Sequence record: SRR22947727_6040
DNA: 46,635 nucleotides
Strand: one strand, 5' to 3'
In this document: positions 1 to 15,454 of the stretch, in pieces
Numbering within the stretch: position 1 is the stretch's first letter
How the letters are laid out: each line of letters opens with the position of its first letter
Made by a program: the position numbers and the translations under genes
The notes under the pieces: generated by a model
Told to the model about the DNA's origin: nothing
What the model saw: only the letters and a program-made list of their open reading frames with translations
The model's database searches: none

Positions 1-1284
1 GTCCTCGAGCGCATCCATGGCGGCCTGCTCCCGCTCGAATACCCGTGCGGTTCCCTCGAACACCTCCACCGCCACACCCGCGTTCTTCACGACCGCACCC
101 TCGGGTGCCAGCGAGCCCGACAGGATCGTGATGCCGCCTGTCGGAGCGATCGCATCATTCGACGCTTTCAGAATCGTTCCGTCCGGGTCCGGCGGATCGA
201 TGTCTGCCAGATTCTCCGCAACCGTCTTGCCCGTGACGGTGAGGCAGTCGCCGTGCAGCAGGCCCGCATCAAGCAGCCCGCGCATCACCACCGGAACGCC
301 GCCCACACGATCCACATCACTCATCACGTATCGACCGAAGGGCTTGACGTCCGCGAGCAGCGGCACCTTCGAGCCGATGCGGTGGAAGTCCTCAATGTGC
401 AGGTCGACCTTGGCTTCATGGGCGATCGCCAACAGATGCAGGACCGCATTGGTCGAGCCTCCGAAGGCCATGATCACCGCGATGGCGTTTTCCAGGGATT
501 GCCGCGTGATGATGTCGCGCGCGGTAATGCCGAGGCGGAGTAACTCGACCACCGCCTCACCGCTCTTGCGTGCGTGCGTGTCTCGGCGGCGATCGACGGC
601 AGGCGGAGCGGCTGACCCCGGCAGCGACATTCCCATCGCTTCGGCGGCACTCGCCATCGTGTTAGCGGTGTACATGCCCCCGCAGGCGCCTTCACCAGGA
701 CAAATGGCTCGCTCGATGCGGTCGACGTCTTCTCGAGACATCAAACCACGCGCGCACGCACCCACGGCCTCGAATGCGTCGATAATGGTGACGTCCTTCT
801 CCGTACCGTCGCTCAGCTTCACGTGGCCGGGAAGAATGGAACCGGCGTACACGAACACCGACGACACGTCGAGCCGAGCCGACGCCATCAGCATGCCCGG
901 CAGCGACTTATCGCACCCGGCGAAGGTGACCATGCCGTCGAGCCTTTCCGCTTCGACAACCGCCTCGACCGAGTCCGCGATGATCTCGCGACTGACCAGC
1001 GAGAAGTGCATGCCCTCATGCCCCATGGAGATGCCGTCGGAGACGGAGATGGTTCCGAATTCCAGTGGGTAGCCGCCGGCGGCGTGGACCCCCTCCTTGG
1101 CCGATGTCGCCAGTCGCTTCAGCGACAGATTGCACGGCGTGATTTCGTTCCAGCTCGATGCGATGGCCACCTGCGGCTTGGTGAAGTCTTCATCGCCCAT
1201 ACCGACCGCACGCAACATACCACGGGCCGCAGCCCGCTCGAGCCCATCGGTTACCTGGCGACTGCGGGGTTTGATGTCTGGCAT
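1..1284 (-). CDS. ilvD: Dihydroxy-acid dehydratase (5' part; runs off window start)
   Basis: Manual minus-strand translation from ATG 1284: [52 protein letters not shown]..., [28 protein letters not shown] motifs. Missing from ORF track because truncated. Confidence 0.95.
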   Translation of the reverse strand, partial: MPDIKPRSRQVTDGLERAAARGMLRAVGMGDEDFTKPQVAIASSWNEITPCNLSLKRLATSAKEGVHAAGGYPLEFGTISVSDGISMGHEGMHFSLVSREIIADSVEAVVEAERLDGMVTFAGCDKSLPGMLMASARLDVSSVFVYAGSILPGHVKLSDGTEKDVTIIDAFEAVGACARGLMSREDVDRIERAICPGEGACGGMYTANTMASAAEAMGMSLPGSAAPPAVDRRRDTHARKSGEAVVELLRLGITARDIITRQSLENAIAVIMAFGGSTNAVLHLLAIAHEAKVDLHIEDFHRIGSKVPLLADVKPFGRYVMSDVDRVGGVPVVMRGLLDAGLLHGDCLTVTGKTVAENLADIDPPDPDGTILKASNDAIAPTGGITILSGSLAPEGAVVKNAGVAVEVFEGTARVFEREQAAMDALED

Positions 1285-1307
1285 AAGGAAATCCTAGTCC
1301 GCAGAAT

Positions 1308-2201
1308 TCAGCCGGAAGCCACCACATTGCGCAGAGGTTGATCGTTCCGCCAGCACTCCACTTGCTCGCCGATCAACTGCTGCGCCAGTCGCGGAAACGC
1401 GTCGGTGTCACCGCCGATGTGTGGAGTGATGAAGACACCGGGAGTCGACCATAGCCGGTGGGTCTCGGGCAACGGCTCCGGCTCGGTGACATCCAGCGCG
1501 AAATCAAGGCGCCCTGCGTGCCGAAGGATGTCCTCGGTGACCGCTACCGATCCGCGCGAGACGTTGACCACCAGCGAGCCGTCAGCAAGTCGCGAAAGGA
1601 AATCATCGTTGACCATTCCCGCCGTCTCGTCCGTCAGCGGAACCGCAAGGATCACGATGTCGGTGCGGGGCAAGATCTCGTGAAGATCGGCAATCGGGGC
1701 AACGCTCGGGCGCCGGGTACGAGCCAGCACGGTGGTGACGCAACCGAAGGGCTCCAACGTGCGCGCAATGGCCGTTCCCACTCCCCCGGCACCGATGATC
1801 ACCACGCGCGCTTGCTGCAACGAGCGGCCGCGCCGATGACTCCATGCTCCCTCGACCATGTCTCGGGCCGCTCGATCGAGTCCGCGCCACACCGTGATGA
1901 TCGAGCCCACAGCAAGTTCGGCTGTGCTTTGCTCGTGAACTCCCGCCGCGTTGCACAAGGTCACGCCGGTCGGCAGCTGCGGCACCACGGCATCGAAACC
2001 CACCGTCGGCAGTTGAACGACTTCGAGTCGTGGCATGCGCGCCATCCAGCCCGCATTCGGGTGCTCGATGTATGCAGGAACGAAGAACCCCACGCGCTCG
2101 AGAAGTTCGGCATCGGGTTCATGCCCTTCGCGGTACCCGACGGCCCCCTGCATGTGGACAGGAAGCAGGTAGTCGGGTGCGAAGACGAGGGGCTCAGCCA
2201 T
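1308..2201 (-). CDS. D-isomer-specific 2-hydroxyacid dehydrogenase
   Basis: GAGGVG Rossmann motif, [20 protein letters not shown] catalytic motifs. Confidence 0.9.
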   Translation of the reverse strand: MAEPLVFAPDYLLPVHMQGAVGYREGHEPDAELLERVGFFVPAYIEHPNAGWMARMPRLEVVQLPTVGFDAVVPQLPTGVTLCNAAGVHEQSTAELAVGSIITVWRGLDRAARDMVEGAWSHRRGRSLQQARVVIIGAGGVGTAIARTLEPFGCVTTVLARTRRPSVAPIADLHEILPRTDIVILAVPLTDETAGMVNDDFLSRLADGSLVVNVSRGSVAVTEDILRHAGRLDFALDVTEPEPLPETHRLWSTPGVFITPHIGGDTDAFPRLAQQLIGEQVECWRNDQPLRNVVASG

Positions 2202-3714
2202 CGACTCCGAGATGCTCCAGCAGAAGAGTCCGCACTTTCGCGGCGTCGGCCTGACCTTTCGTCGCCTTCATCACAGCACCCACGATCGCACCCGCGGCCT
2301 GAACTTTGCCACCTTGGATCTTCTCGGCGACGTCCGGTTGATCGGCCAGGGCTTGCTCGATCGCGGCGAGCAACGTGGAGTCGTCACCAACCACCACGAG
2401 GCCCCGGGCCTGAACGACTGCGTCGACATCGCCCTCGCCAGCGATCACACCTTCGAACACCTGACGCGCGAGCTTGTCGGTCAAACTGCCGTCGGCGATC
2501 AACTCCTCGACCCGGGCGATGTGCGCCGCAGTAACCGGAAGGTCCGTTAAGGCGATTCCTTGCTCGTTGGCGATCCGGGTGAACTCTCCGGTCCACCATT
2601 TGCGGGCGGCCGCCTGATCGACGCCGTGATCAATGCTCGACTCCACCAGATCGAGTGCTTCGGCGTTAACCAACGTCTGCATCTCGAGGTCACTAATGTT
2701 CCACACGGCCTGCAGGCGGGCGCGCCGCACCGACGGCACCTCGGGCAGCGTCCCGCGAAGCTCCTCGACCCAGTCCGACGTCGGTGCCACCGGAACCAAA
2801 TCGGGTTCGGGAAAGTAGCGGTACTCCTCTGCGTGCTCCTTCGACCGTCCCGACGTGGTCTCGCCTGTGTCCTCATGGAAATGTCGGGTTTCTTGCACCA
2901 CTCGACCGCCGCCTGAGAGCACCGCGGCCTGGCGCTCGATCTCGAAACGGACGGCGCGCTCCACGCTGCGTAGCGAGTTGACGTTCTTGGTCTCCGACCG
3001 CGTTCCCCATGGTTCCCCCGACGGAGCCAGGGAGACATTCACGTCGCACCGCAGCGATCCTTGATCCATCCGCACGTCGGAGACTCCCAGCGCCCGCATC
3101 AGGTCACGCAGCTCGGTGACGTAGGCCCGCGCCACCAGCGGTGCGAGTTCGCCGGCACCAACGATCGGTTTCGTCACGATTTCGATCAACGGAATTCCGG
3201 CACGGTTGTAGTCGACGAGGGAGTAGTCGGCGCCGTGGATACGTCCGGTATCACCACCCGCGTGGGTCAACTTTCCGGTGTCTTCTTCCATGTGGACGCG
3301 TTCGATCTCCACACGGAATTCCCGCGGACCATCGTCTGTTGCTACGACGACGTCGAGGTAGCCATCAACGCACAAAGGCTCGTCGTATTGGCTCACCTGA
3401 TAGTCCTTCGGCATATCGGGGTAGAAGTAGTTCTTACGAGCAAACCGGCACCACGGCGCGATCGAGCAGTTCAGTGATAAGCCCATACGGATCGTCGACT
3501 CGATAGCCGACGCGTTCACCACCGGCATCGATCCAGGCAAACCCAGGCAGACCGGGCAGACATGCGTGTTGGGCTCACCTCCGAACTCTGCCGAGCAGGA
3601 GCAGAACATCTTGGACGCGGTCCCCAATTCCACGTGCGTCTCGAGCCCGAGTACCGGCTCGAACGCAGCCAACGCGTCGTCGAACTTCATCCGTTCGATG
3701 GCTGAGGCGCTCAT
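2194..3714 (-). CDS. gatB: Asp-tRNA(Asn)/Glu-tRNA(Gln) amidotransferase subunit B
   Basis: [42 protein letters not shown]; follows gatA. Confidence 0.97.
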   Translation of the reverse strand: MSASAIERMKFDDALAAFEPVLGLETHVELGTASKMFCSCSAEFGGEPNTHVCPVCLGLPGSMPVVNASAIESTIRMGLSLNCSIAPWCRFARKNYFYPDMPKDYQVSQYDEPLCVDGYLDVVVATDDGPREFRVEIERVHMEEDTGKLTHAGGDTGRIHGADYSLVDYNRAGIPLIEIVTKPIVGAGELAPLVARAYVTELRDLMRALGVSDVRMDQGSLRCDVNVSLAPSGEPWGTRSETKNVNSLRSVERAVRFEIERQAAVLSGGGRVVQETRHFHEDTGETTSGRSKEHAEEYRYFPEPDLVPVAPTSDWVEELRGTLPEVPSVRRARLQAVWNISDLEMQTLVNAEALDLVESSIDHGVDQAAARKWWTGEFTRIANEQGIALTDLPVTAAHIARVEELIADGSLTDKLARQVFEGVIAGEGDVDAVVQARGLVVVGDDSTLLAAIEQALADQPDVAEKIQGGKVQAAGAIVGAVMKATKGQADAAKVRTLLLEHLGVDG

Positions 3715-5219
3715 AGGGCAGGAGCCTCCTCGATCAGCGCGTGTCCACGCTTGTCGAGGAGCGCCTGTTCGAGGGCTGCACCCACCCGATAGAGGCGATC
3801 ATCTGTTTGCGCGGGAGCCATAATCTGCAGGCCTACCGGCAGGTCGTCCTCGCGAGCCAGGCCGATGGGCAAGGACATCGCGCAATTGCCGGCGAGGTTG
3901 ACCGGGATGGTGGCGATGTCGTTCAGATACATCGCCAAAGGATCATCGACTTTCTCGCCGATTTTAAAGGCGGTGGTGGGCGTGGTCGGCGAAACGAGCA
4001 CATCCACCGTTTCGAACGCTGCAGCGAAATCGCGAGAAATCAATGTACGAACTTTCTGCGCTTGGCCGTAGTAGGCGTCGTAGTACCCGCTGGACAGCGC
4101 GTAGGTCCCCAGCATGATTCGGCGCTTCACTTCGGCTCCGAAGCCGACCTCACGTGTTCGGGACATGACCTCTTCGACGGACGCTTCGCCGTCATCGCCG
4201 GCGCGAAGTCCGTAGCGCATGCCGTCGAAGCGAGCGAGATTGCTCGATGCTTCCGACGGCAAGATCAAGTAGTAGGCGCCGAGGGCGTAGTCGAAGTGTG
4301 GACAGGAGACTTCGACCACCTCGGCGCCCAAATCCGTCAGCATCGCGACGGCTTGATCGAATCTTTCCCGCACACCCGGCTGATAGCCCTCTCCTGAAAG
4401 CTCTCGAACGAGCCCGATGCGCATCCCGCGGATGTCACCGTTGCCCGCCCCCGCAACCACGTCGGGGACCGGCGCGTTGATCGACGTGGAGTCGCGCGGG
4501 TCGTATCCGGCAATCACCTCGTGCAGCAGGGCCGCATCCATGACGCTCCGGGCGCACGGACCCGCCTGGTCCAGCGATGACGCGAGTGCGACGAGCCCGT
4601 AGCGAGACACCGCGCCGTAGGTGGGCTTCACCCCGACCGTGCCGGTCACCGATGCAGGCTGCCGGATTGATCCACCCGTATCAGTGCCAATGGCCAAGGG
4701 CGCCTCAAACGCCGCGAGGGCGGCCGCCGATCCACCGCCCGATCCCCCGGGAATGCGCTCGACATCCCACGGGTTGCGGGTCGGGCCGTAGCCGCTGTGC
4801 TCCGTCGAGGAGCCCATGGCGAACTCATCCATGTTGGTCTTACCGAGAATGACGACATCGGCTGCACGCAACCGTTCGACGATCGTCGAGTCATACGGAG
4901 GGTGCCAACCCTCCAAGATGCGAGATCCGCAGGTGGTCGGGACCCCTCGCATCGTCAGAACATCCTTCAACGCCAGCGGAACCCCGGCGAGCCGACCGAG
5001 TTCCTCACCCGCGGCACGACGACGATCCACGTCCTGCGCGGTGGCGAGGGCGGCATCGGTATCTACGTGCAAGAACGCGTGGATCGTCCCATCGACCGCC
5101 GAGATTCGATTCAGGCAGGCCTGTGTGAGTTCGACAGACGTAATGTCTCCCGCGCTCAGGGCGCTGCTCAGCGTGGCGGCATCTTGCCGAACCAGATCGG
5201 CGTCGGAGGTCACCGACAT
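3711..5219 (-). CDS. gatA: Asp-tRNA(Asn)/Glu-tRNA(Gln) amidotransferase subunit A
   Basis: Amidase signature [25 protein letters not shown]; start moved to MSVTSD (ATG 5219) just after gatC stop. Confidence 0.97.
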   Translation of the reverse strand: MSVTSDADLVRQDAATLSSALSAGDITSVELTQACLNRISAVDGTIHAFLHVDTDAALATAQDVDRRRAAGEELGRLAGVPLALKDVLTMRGVPTTCGSRILEGWHPPYDSTIVERLRAADVVILGKTNMDEFAMGSSTEHSGYGPTRNPWDVERIPGGSGGGSAAALAAFEAPLAIGTDTGGSIRQPASVTGTVGVKPTYGAVSRYGLVALASSLDQAGPCARSVMDAALLHEVIAGYDPRDSTSINAPVPDVVAGAGNGDIRGMRIGLVRELSGEGYQPGVRERFDQAVAMLTDLGAEVVEVSCPHFDYALGAYYLILPSEASSNLARFDGMRYGLRAGDDGEASVEEVMSRTREVGFGAEVKRRIMLGTYALSSGYYDAYYGQAQKVRTLISRDFAAAFETVDVLVSPTTPTTAFKIGEKVDDPLAMYLNDIATIPVNLAGNCAMSLPIGLAREDDLPVGLQIMAPAQTDDRLYRVGAALEQALLDKRGHALIEEAPAL

Positions 5220-5220
5220 G

Positions 5221-5517
5221 TCAGTCCTCGTCCAGAATGCGTGGAACGCGGAAGCGGTTGTCTTCCCACGAGGGCGCTGCGGCCTGCACATCCGCACGGT
5301 CCAAACCTGGGCGGGCCACGTCTTCGCGGAAAACGTTGGTCATGGGAACCGGGTGCGAGGTCGGGGGGATATCGTCCGCAGCTACTTCCGAGACATGTTC
5401 GACGGCTTCGACGATCGCGGACAGCTGGTCGGTGTAGTGCGCGGTTTCCTCCTCTGTCAGCTCCAGGCGGGCCAGGTGGGCGAGGTGCTGCACCTGTTCG
5501 CGGGTGATGTTGGCCAT
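5221..5517 (-). CDS. gatC: Amidotransferase subunit C
   Basis: [18 protein letters not shown]...NVFRED...FRVPRIL; position before gatA. Confidence 0.95.
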   Translation of the reverse strand: MANITREQVQHLAHLARLELTEEETAHYTDQLSAIVEAVEHVSEVAADDIPPTSHPVPMTNVFREDVARPGLDRADVQAAAPSWEDNRFRVPRILDED

Positions 5518-5521
5518 GCCC

Positions 5522-8740
<3,219 letters not shown>

Positions 8741-8744
<4 letters not shown>

Positions 8745-9856
8745 GCTCGCTGCGCTTCTCGTGGGCGCTTCACACCGCTCACCGTGCGCGTCTGGCAGAT
8801 TCTCCCCGAGCCGAGAACCCGGGAATCGCTGTAGAGCACCACCGTTTGTCCCGTGGCGAGTCCGCGCACCGGTTCGAGCAGAAAGACGTCGATAGTGTCG
8901 TCGAGCATCCGCGCCTGGGCGGGCACCGGGTGGTGGTGCGCTCGCACTTGGGCACTGACGTCCGACCATTCCGCCGTCAACGCCGGGGCTGCCCAGATGA
9001 CGTGGTCGGCGACCAGGCCATCGACGTCGAGCATCTCCGCAGAGCCGACGTAGACCGTGTCCGTCGAATCATCGATGTCCACGACGTACCGAGGGCGCCC
9101 GTCCTCCCCGGGAATGCGCAGGTCCAGGCCACGACGCTGGCCGATGGTGACAGTGAACGTGCCCTGATGACCACCCACGTCCCGGCCGGTGGAGACATCC
9201 ACGACGGGGCCGGGTTTCTCCCCCAGTGCCTTGGTCAAGAAACCGGCGGTATCGCCATCGGGAATGAAGCAGATGTCATGACTGTCCGGCTTCGAGGCCG
9301 TGCGTAAGCCCCGCGCTTCAGCCTCCGCTCGCACACCGCTCTTCAGCGAAGCCCCGAGCGGGAAGAAGCAATGCCGCAGTAGTTCCTGCTCAATGACGGC
9401 GAGAACGTACGACTGGTCCTTGTCCGCATCCGCCGCGCGGTGCAGCTCGGGACCGTCTGCCCCGGACGTGAGCACGGCGTAATGGCCGGTGGCGACTGCG
9501 TCGAAGCCCAGCGCCAAGGCTCGGTCCAGCACAGCCCGAAACTTGATGTGCTCGTTGCACCGTACGCATGGATTCGGTGTCCGATTGGCTTGGTATTCGG
9601 CGAGGAAGTCATTCATCACTTCCTCGGCAAATTCGGCGGAGAAGTCCCAGATATAGAAGGGAATGCCGAGTGCGTCTGCGACTCGGCGCGCATCTCGTGC
9701 ATCGTCGAGTGTGCAACAGCCGCGGGACTTACCCCCGGTGGATTCCGATCGGGCCAGCGCAAGGTGGACGCCGACCACTTCATGGCCTTGATCCACCATT
9801 CGGGCCGCGGCGACCGAAGAATCCACGCCGCCTGAGAGCGCAGCGATGATTCTCAT
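8741..9856 (-). CDS. mnmA: tRNA 2-thiouridine(34) synthase
   Basis: SGGVDS PP-loop, NPCVRCN, ATGHYA, KDQSY, DICF. Confidence 0.97.
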
Positions 9857-11160
9857 CGATCGACTTCGTTCTCGCGGGCCGCCCGATAGCGGTCGGTCGA
9901 TACTGACCCTGCACGACGCGCTCGCTCCACCGCGCCAGGGAGGGCGCGCGTGATCGCGGTCACGTCTTCATCGGTAGACGTTCGACCGAAACTGAAGCGA
10001 AGCGAGGATCGCGCTGTTCGCTCATTGACACCCATCGCGAGGAGAACGTGACTGGGCTCGGGCACCCCTGCAGTGCAGGCCGACCCTGTCGAGCAATCGA
10101 CGCCTGCGGCATCGAGCAACATCAGCAGAGCATCCCCCTCGGCGCCGGGAAAAGAAGCGTGCACGTTGCCGGGTAGGCGCGTCGCGGGGTCGCCGACCCC
10201 TGGGCCGTTGATGATCGCGTCCGGAACGACGGAAGCGATTCCATCCACCAGTTGGATTTGCAGGCTCTGCAGGCGCGCGGCGCGTGCGGCCTGCTCCTCG
10301 ACCGCAAGATGCACCGCGACGGCGAAGGCGGCGGCAGCCGGCGCGTCGAAGGTGCCGGATCGAATATCTCGCTCCTGACCACCACCGTGTGACACGGCAA
10401 CGAGGTTCTCGTACGGGTCGACGACCAAGGCTCCGATGCCGAACGGGCCACCTACCTTGTGTCCGCTAATGGTCACGGCCGTCGCACCGACCTCGGACAG
10501 ATCCATAGGGATTTGGCCGAGCGCCTGGACCGCGTCGGTGTGGAAGGGCACACCCGCGCTGCGGCACGCTGCCGCTATCTCTCGGACGGGCTGGACGGTG
10601 CCCACCTCGTTGTTTGCCCACATGACCGACAGCAGCGCCGTTCTCTCCGCCGCCGACGACAACAGATGATCGATGAAATCCACCTCGACTCGGCCGGATG
10701 CATCGACCGGAATCCACCGCACGTCCGCACCTTCGTGCTTTCCGAGCCATTCGACAGGGTCGAGGACGGCGTGGTGCTCGATCGCCGATGCGGCCACGAT
10801 CGCATCGGCGACACCCAGCCGCGCGCGACGGGCCCACCAGAGCCCCTTGACGGCGAGGTTGTCGGATTCGGTTCCACCGGAGGTGAACACAACTGCCGAG
10901 GGTCGCGTGCGCAGATCGTCGGCGATGGACTCACGAGCCTGTTCCACGATGCTGCGAGCAGCACGACCGGACGCATGCAAGGACGACGGATTACCAGCAA
11001 CGGCAGAAGCGTCCAGCCAGGCCTCTCGTGCCTGGGGAAGCAGCGGTGTCGTTGCCGCGTGGTCGACAAAGTGCCGGGCGGAGCCATGTACAGCGCCCCC
11101 GGCAGAGGCGCGCGGGAGATTCACATCGCGTGCCGAATCCACGTCGGAATCGTTACTCAC
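9853..11160 (-). CDS. iscS: Cysteine desulfurase (IscS/NifS-like, PLP)
   Basis: DHAATTP, FTSGGTESDN, HTDAVQ, SGHK PLP lysine, GSAC catalytic Cys; GTG 11160 chosen because TACCAT -10 lies 6 nt upstream. Confidence 0.9.
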   Translation of the reverse strand: MSNDSDVDSARDVNLPRASAGGAVHGSARHFVDHAATTPLLPQAREAWLDASAVAGNPSSLHASGRAARSIVEQARESIADDLRTRPSAVVFTSGGTESDNLAVKGLWWARRARLGVADAIVAASAIEHHAVLDPVEWLGKHEGADVRWIPVDASGRVEVDFIDHLLSSAAERTALLSVMWANNEVGTVQPVREIAAACRSAGVPFHTDAVQALGQIPMDLSEVGATAVTISGHKVGGPFGIGALVVDPYENLVAVSHGGGQERDIRSGTFDAPAAAAFAVAVHLAVEEQAARAARLQSLQIQLVDGIASVVPDAIINGPGVGDPATRLPGNVHASFPGAEGDALLMLLDAAGVDCSTGSACTAGVPEPSHVLLAMGVNERTARSSLRFSFGRTSTDEDVTAITRALPGAVERARRAGSVSTDRYRAARENEVDR

Positions 11161-11190
11161 TGTCCGATGGTAGCCAGGAAGATCGCCCAA

Positions 11191-12150
11191 TCAGTTGGAG
11201 CGGCTGTCGATCTCGTCGGTCAATTGGGGAACGACTTCGAAGAGGTCCCCGACCACGCCAAAGTCAGCAAGCTCGAACAGCGGTGCTTCGGCGTCCTTAT
11301 TCACCACAACGACCACCTTGGAGGTCTGCATGCCGGCGCGATGCTGAATAGCGCCAGAAATTCCGTTGGCGATGTACAGCTGCGGTGAGACGGTCTTGCC
11401 CGTCTGGCCGACCTGATACAAGTGCGGGTACCAACCCGCATCCGTCGCCGCCCGTGAGGCACCCACGGCCGCTCCGAGCGAATCAGCCAGCTTCTCGATC
11501 ACCTCGAAGCCTTCGGCTCCGCCCACACCCCGGCCGCCGGAGACCACCACGGCTGCTTCAGTCAACTCGGGGCGACCGCCTTTGCCGGCTACCGTGCGCT
11601 CGACCACGCGAGCGGTCTTGGCGGCCTCGCTGGCTGTTGTGTCGACATCGACGACGGTGCAGGTGGTGGGAGCCGGTGCCGGGGCTACGGAGTTCGGACG
11701 CACCGTGTAAATACCAATGCCGTGCGTCACCGTGGAATGCACGACCGTGCTGCCACCGAAAACACTCTGCGTGGCAACACCGGACTCGTTGATATCAACC
11801 GCGTCGGTGATGACACCGCTGCCGATGCGCACAGCGAGCCGACCCGCGGCTTCTTTCCCGTCGGCCGACGATGGGACGAGGACGGCCTTCGCGTCAAGTT
11901 CAGCGACGAGATCTTGGAGAACATCCACAATCGGAACAACGGGGTGGTCGGCCATGTCCTGGCCGCCGACGACGTGCACGGCGCTCGCGCCGTACTCCCC
12001 GAGAACGGAAGCGGCCTCGGATCCCTGGGCGCCGAACCACACCACCTGGGGCTCCCCAAGACGTCGGGCCAAGGTCAACAACTCAAGCGTCGTCTTCTTC
12101 ACCGTGCCATTGGAAGAATCGCGCTCCGCTAGGACGAGAACTGTTGTCAT
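11191..12150 (-). CDS. etfA: Electron transfer flavoprotein alpha subunit
   Basis: [26 protein letters not shown] motifs. Confidence 0.96.
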   Translation of the reverse strand: MTTVLVLAERDSSNGTVKKTTLELLTLARRLGEPQVVWFGAQGSEAASVLGEYGASAVHVVGGQDMADHPVVPIVDVLQDLVAELDAKAVLVPSSADGKEAAGRLAVRIGSGVITDAVDINESGVATQSVFGGSTVVHSTVTHGIGIYTVRPNSVAPAPAPTTCTVVDVDTTASEAAKTARVVERTVAGKGGRPELTEAAVVVSGGRGVGGAEGFEVIEKLADSLGAAVGASRAATDAGWYPHLYQVGQTGKTVSPQLYIANGISGAIQHRAGMQTSKVVVVVNKDAEAPLFELADFGVVGDLFEVVPQLTDEIDSRSN

Positions 12151-12163
12151 GTCAGCATCCCTT

Positions 12164-12943
12164 CTAGATGAACTTCTGCTCGGTCAGGTACGCCGCGATC
12201 CGGGAGCCACCGTCACCCTCGTCTGTCACGACGGTTCCCGCTGGCTTCGGTGGGCGAGCAGCGAAATCTTCAACCGCGGACCAGGCCGCGGCCTGTCCGA
12301 CGGTGGCCGCTTCGAGCCCGAGATCGGCAACGGTGACGGTGTCCACCGGCTTCTTCTTGGCGGCCATGATTCCCTTGAAGGACGGATAACGCGGTTCGTT
12401 GATCTTCTCGACCACACTGATGACGGCTGGGGTCGAACCTGTGACGGTGTCGAACCCGTAGTCGGTGACCCTTTCGATGGTGACGTCCGACCCGGAAAGC
12501 GACACTCGTTGCGCGAAGGTGAGCTGGGCGATGCCTAGGCGCTCCGCGACCATGGCAGGGATGACGCTCATGCGGGCGTCGGTGGACTCCGACCCGAAGA
12601 CGATCAGATCGAACCCCCTACCTTCCAGCGCCGCCGCCAGCACCGCAGATGTCGCGATGGCATCGGACCCGTGCAGCGAGTCGTCGACAATATGAATTCC
12701 GGCGTCCGCACCCATCGACAGTGCTTTGCGCACCGTCTCGGCAGCCCTCTCCGGCCCCATCGAGACGACAGTCAATTCGCCACCGTGCGCCTCAGCGACC
12801 TGCAACGCCTCTTCAACGGCGTACTCGTCGAGCTCGTTCAACACGCCATCGGCGGCCGCCCGATCGAGGGTCGAGTCCGCAGCGGACAGCGTCTTTTCAG
12901 CCCATGTGTCCGGGACTTGCTTCACACAAACGGCGATCTTCAT
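12164..12943 (-). CDS. etfB: Electron transfer flavoprotein beta subunit
   Basis: MKIAVCVKQVPD, ALSMGAD, INEPRYPS; AGGGAG SD upstream of ATG 12943. Confidence 0.96.
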   Translation of the reverse strand: MKIAVCVKQVPDTWAEKTLSAADSTLDRAAADGVLNELDEYAVEEALQVAEAHGGELTVVSMGPERAAETVRKALSMGADAGIHIVDDSLHGSDAIATSAVLAAALEGRGFDLIVFGSESTDARMSVIPAMVAERLGIAQLTFAQRVSLSGSDVTIERVTDYGFDTVTGSTPAVISVVEKINEPRYPSFKGIMAAKKKPVDTVTVADLGLEAATVGQAAAWSAVEDFAARPPKPAGTVVTDEGDGGSRIAAYLTEQKFI

Positions 12944-13010
12944 CGTAGGTACCTCTCCCTGTCTTTCCACGACTGATGATGGCTGTTTCTCATGGTCGCG
13001 CAACTTCTCC

Positions 13011-13033
13011 AGTATATGTTACTCGCGAGTAAC
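13011..13033 (-). promoter_or_regulatory. Putative etfBA -10 (TATACT, 13011-13016) plus perfect 16-bp palindromic operator GTTACTCGCGAGTAAC (13018-13033)
   Basis: Perfect palindrome read directly in the etfB/methyltransferase divergent spacer, next to a TANNNT hexamer. Confidence 0.7.
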
Positions 13034-13084
13034 TTAGCCCCAGGGACTCCTCCTGAGAGTTGCCCTCGCGACTAGGGTCACCCC

Positions 13085-13918
13085 GTGCTCGACGTGCCCC
13101 CTAGCCAGCCAGATCTCGGCGATGCGGCCGCGGAATTTGTGCTCACCGGGGAGCGCACCTGGCCCGGAATCCCCTCCGAGAACTACTGGTTCGCTCGGCA
13201 TGAGGCCTGCTACCGCTGGGCTTCGGCGGTCGTGTCCTCAGAGGCGGTTTCCTCATCGGTCCGCCACCGTCCCCACAGCATTCGACCAGGCGGCACGATT
13301 GTTCTGGACGCCGGATCCGGAGAGGGGTACGGCTCCGAGTGCCTGCGTTCGATCATTCACGACGCCGGCGTCGTGGCCATTGATCTGGATCTGCAGACGA
13401 TGGGTCACGTGCGTCGGACCTATCCGCACGTCAGCGCCCTGGTAGGCAATCTCGTTGCCCTGCCATTTCGGGATGAGTGCTTTCATGCATCGATCTCGCT
13501 GCAGGTGATCGAACACATTTGGGATCCCCTGGCATTCCTTCGCGAACTGGATCGCTGCACTCAAGGGCCCGTGATCGTCAGCACGCCCAACCGCCCCGTG
13601 CACTCGCCGGGCTTGCCTGCAGGGGCATCACCGGTCAACCCCTTTCACGTGCGTGAATTTGACGTCGCAGAGTTGAAGTCTCTGCTCGTACAAGCAGTCG
13701 CACATCAACGCGGGCATCGCAGTCCCACCATGTACGGCCTTCACCACGAACAACGGCTCGAGCAGTGGGAGAACATCCACGGCTCTCTGCCCGAGCGACT
13801 GATCGAACTCGACACCGAGGCAATGGCTTTCGCGGCCTCGGTGACACACAGCGACTTCACCATCGCACCCATCAATGATGACGATGAGTCAGCACATGAC
13901 CTCATCGCCGTGTGGTGA
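13085..13918 (+). CDS. Class I SAM-dependent methyltransferase (Rv3030-like, MGLP 6-O-methylation candidate)
   Basis: LTGERTWPGIPSENYWFARHEACY, VLDAGSGEGYG, LQVIEHIWD, STPNR, NPFHVRE; divergent from etfB as in mycobacteria. Confidence 0.85.
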   Translation: MLDVPPSQPDLGDAAAEFVLTGERTWPGIPSENYWFARHEACYRWASAVVSSEAVSSSVRHRPHSIRPGGTIVLDAGSGEGYGSECLRSIIHDAGVVAIDLDLQTMGHVRRTYPHVSALVGNLVALPFRDECFHASISLQVIEHIWDPLAFLRELDRCTQGPVIVSTPNRPVHSPGLPAGASPVNPFHVREFDVAELKSLLVQAVAHQRGHRSPTMYGLHHEQRLEQWENIHGSLPERLIELDTEAMAFAASVTHSDFTIAPINDDDESAHDLIAVW

Positions 13919-13927
13919 GGCTTTGCG

Positions 13928-15454
13928 GTGACCACACCTACCGTCGGCCGATTGGCGATAGTTCTGCACACCCACATGCCGTGGCTTCTCGGCTACGGCA
14001 CCTGGCCCGTTGGTGAGGAGTGGCTTCGACAAGCCTGGGCGCACGCGTACCTCCCGATGTTCGCTCTCCTAAGGGAGCGAGCCGAACGCGGCTTGACGCA
14101 TCAACTCACCCTCGGCGTGACTCCGGTGCTAGCCGCCCAATGGGACGACCGGACCTCGGTCCACGAGCAGGCTCGTTGGATCGCGGACTGGCACACGCGC
14201 GCCAGTGGCAAGGCGCTCGAAGCCTCTCGGACAGCCGACGAGTCTGCGGCCCGCGATGCTCAGCGCAATTACCAACTCGCCATCGCTGCAGCACGGGAAC
14301 TCGATGAGCACTGGTCCGCAGGCGGGTCCGCCGCCCTTCGACCGCTGGTCGACTCGGGGGTGATCGAACTGCTCGGCGGGCCCCTAACCCACACCTTCAC
14401 GCCGCACCTGGCGGATCCGCTCATCGACCTCTCGCTGCAGGCCGGGCTCGCGGACACGACCGCTCGAGTCGGCCACCGGCCCACTGGTATTTGGGCTCCG
14501 GAGTGCGCGTACCGACCGGGGCTCGAGCAGTTCTACGCACGCCACCGAGTCGGCCATTTCATGGTCGACGGGCCGACGCTGCAACGCGCCGGCGCACTGT
14601 TGCACCAACCGCACCGAATCGGCGATACCGACGTGGTGGCTTTCGGTCGCGATCTCGAGCTCACCTATCGAGTGTGGTCCCCCGACAGCGGCTACCCCGG
14701 GGATCCTTGGTACCTCGACTTCCACTCGTTCGATCACGCCTGGGGAATGCGGTCGTACCGCGTGACGAACAAGCAATCCGATGCGAAGGATCCGTACGAA
14801 CCTCAGGCCACTGCGGCGAGCATCGACCGCGATGTTGATGACTTCATCTCCGCCGCTCGAACGATCATGCTGAACAGCCCCACCGCTGATCCGGTCATCG
14901 TGGCTGCCTACGACACCGAGCTCTTCGGACATTGGTGGCACGAGGGCCCCGCGTTCCTTGCGCGCCTCTTGGACAAAGTGCCAGACGCCGGGATCCAGCT
15001 CACCACGCTGTCTCGTGAGCGTTCACGAGCCGATGACAGTCCACCGATCGAGCTCCCGAGCGGAAGTTGGGGAAGCGGTAAGGACTTTCGCGTGTGGGAA
15101 GAAGGCGAAGCGGGCGAACTCCACACTCAAGGACGCACTATTCAAAACGCAGTCTGTAAGTACTTGGCGTCTCACCGTCGATCACACAGCACCGGTCGAG
15201 ATCACTTCGGAGACGCTGTTGCGACCGAAACGCTTCTTGCCCTCGCCAGCGACTGGGCATTCATGATCACCAAAGACTCTGCGGCCGACTACGCCCGCAA
15301 TCGAGCCGACGGGCACTTTCAGCGGGTGGCCGAACTCCTCCACGGCGACGGCCACGAACCCGAGCAATCGCGGATCCCCACGCGTGACACCCGCTTGCCG
15401 TTCCTCGATTCCCGAACGTGGCGTCCCGCGTCACACGCGATTGGCATCCCGTAA
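13928..15454 (+). CDS. GH57 family 1,4-alpha-glucan branching enzyme-like protein (Rv3031-like)
   Basis: LHTHMPW, GEEWL, WAPEC (nucleophile Glu), YDTELFGHWWHEG (acid/base Asp), ASDWAF. Confidence 0.9.
   Translation: MTTPTVGRLAIVLHTHMPWLLGYGTWPVGEEWLRQAWAHAYLPMFALLRERAERGLTHQLTLGVTPVLAAQWDDRTSVHEQARWIADWHTRASGKALEASRTADESAARDAQRNYQLAIAAARELDEHWSAGGSAALRPLVDSGVIELLGGPLTHTFTPHLADPLIDLSLQAGLADTTARVGHRPTGIWAPECAYRPGLEQFYARHRVGHFMVDGPTLQRAGALLHQPHRIGDTDVVAFGRDLELTYRVWSPDSGYPGDPWYLDFHSFDHAWGMRSYRVTNKQSDAKDPYEPQATAASIDRDVDDFISAARTIMLNSPTADPVIVAAYDTELFGHWWHEGPAFLARLLDKVPDAGIQLTTLSRERSRADDSPPIELPSGSWGSGKDFRVWEEGEAGELHTQGRTIQNAVCKYLASHRRSHSTGRDHFGDAVATETLLALASDWAFMITKDSAADYARNRADGHFQRVAELLHGDGHEPEQSRIPTRDTRLPFLDSRTWRPASHAIGIP

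Noticed and set aside
17-1072. 351-aa plus-strand ORF, and many similar long antisense ORFs across the window
   Set aside because: Shadow of the real opposite-strand gene (here ilvD); expected from high-GC codon bias; no motifs
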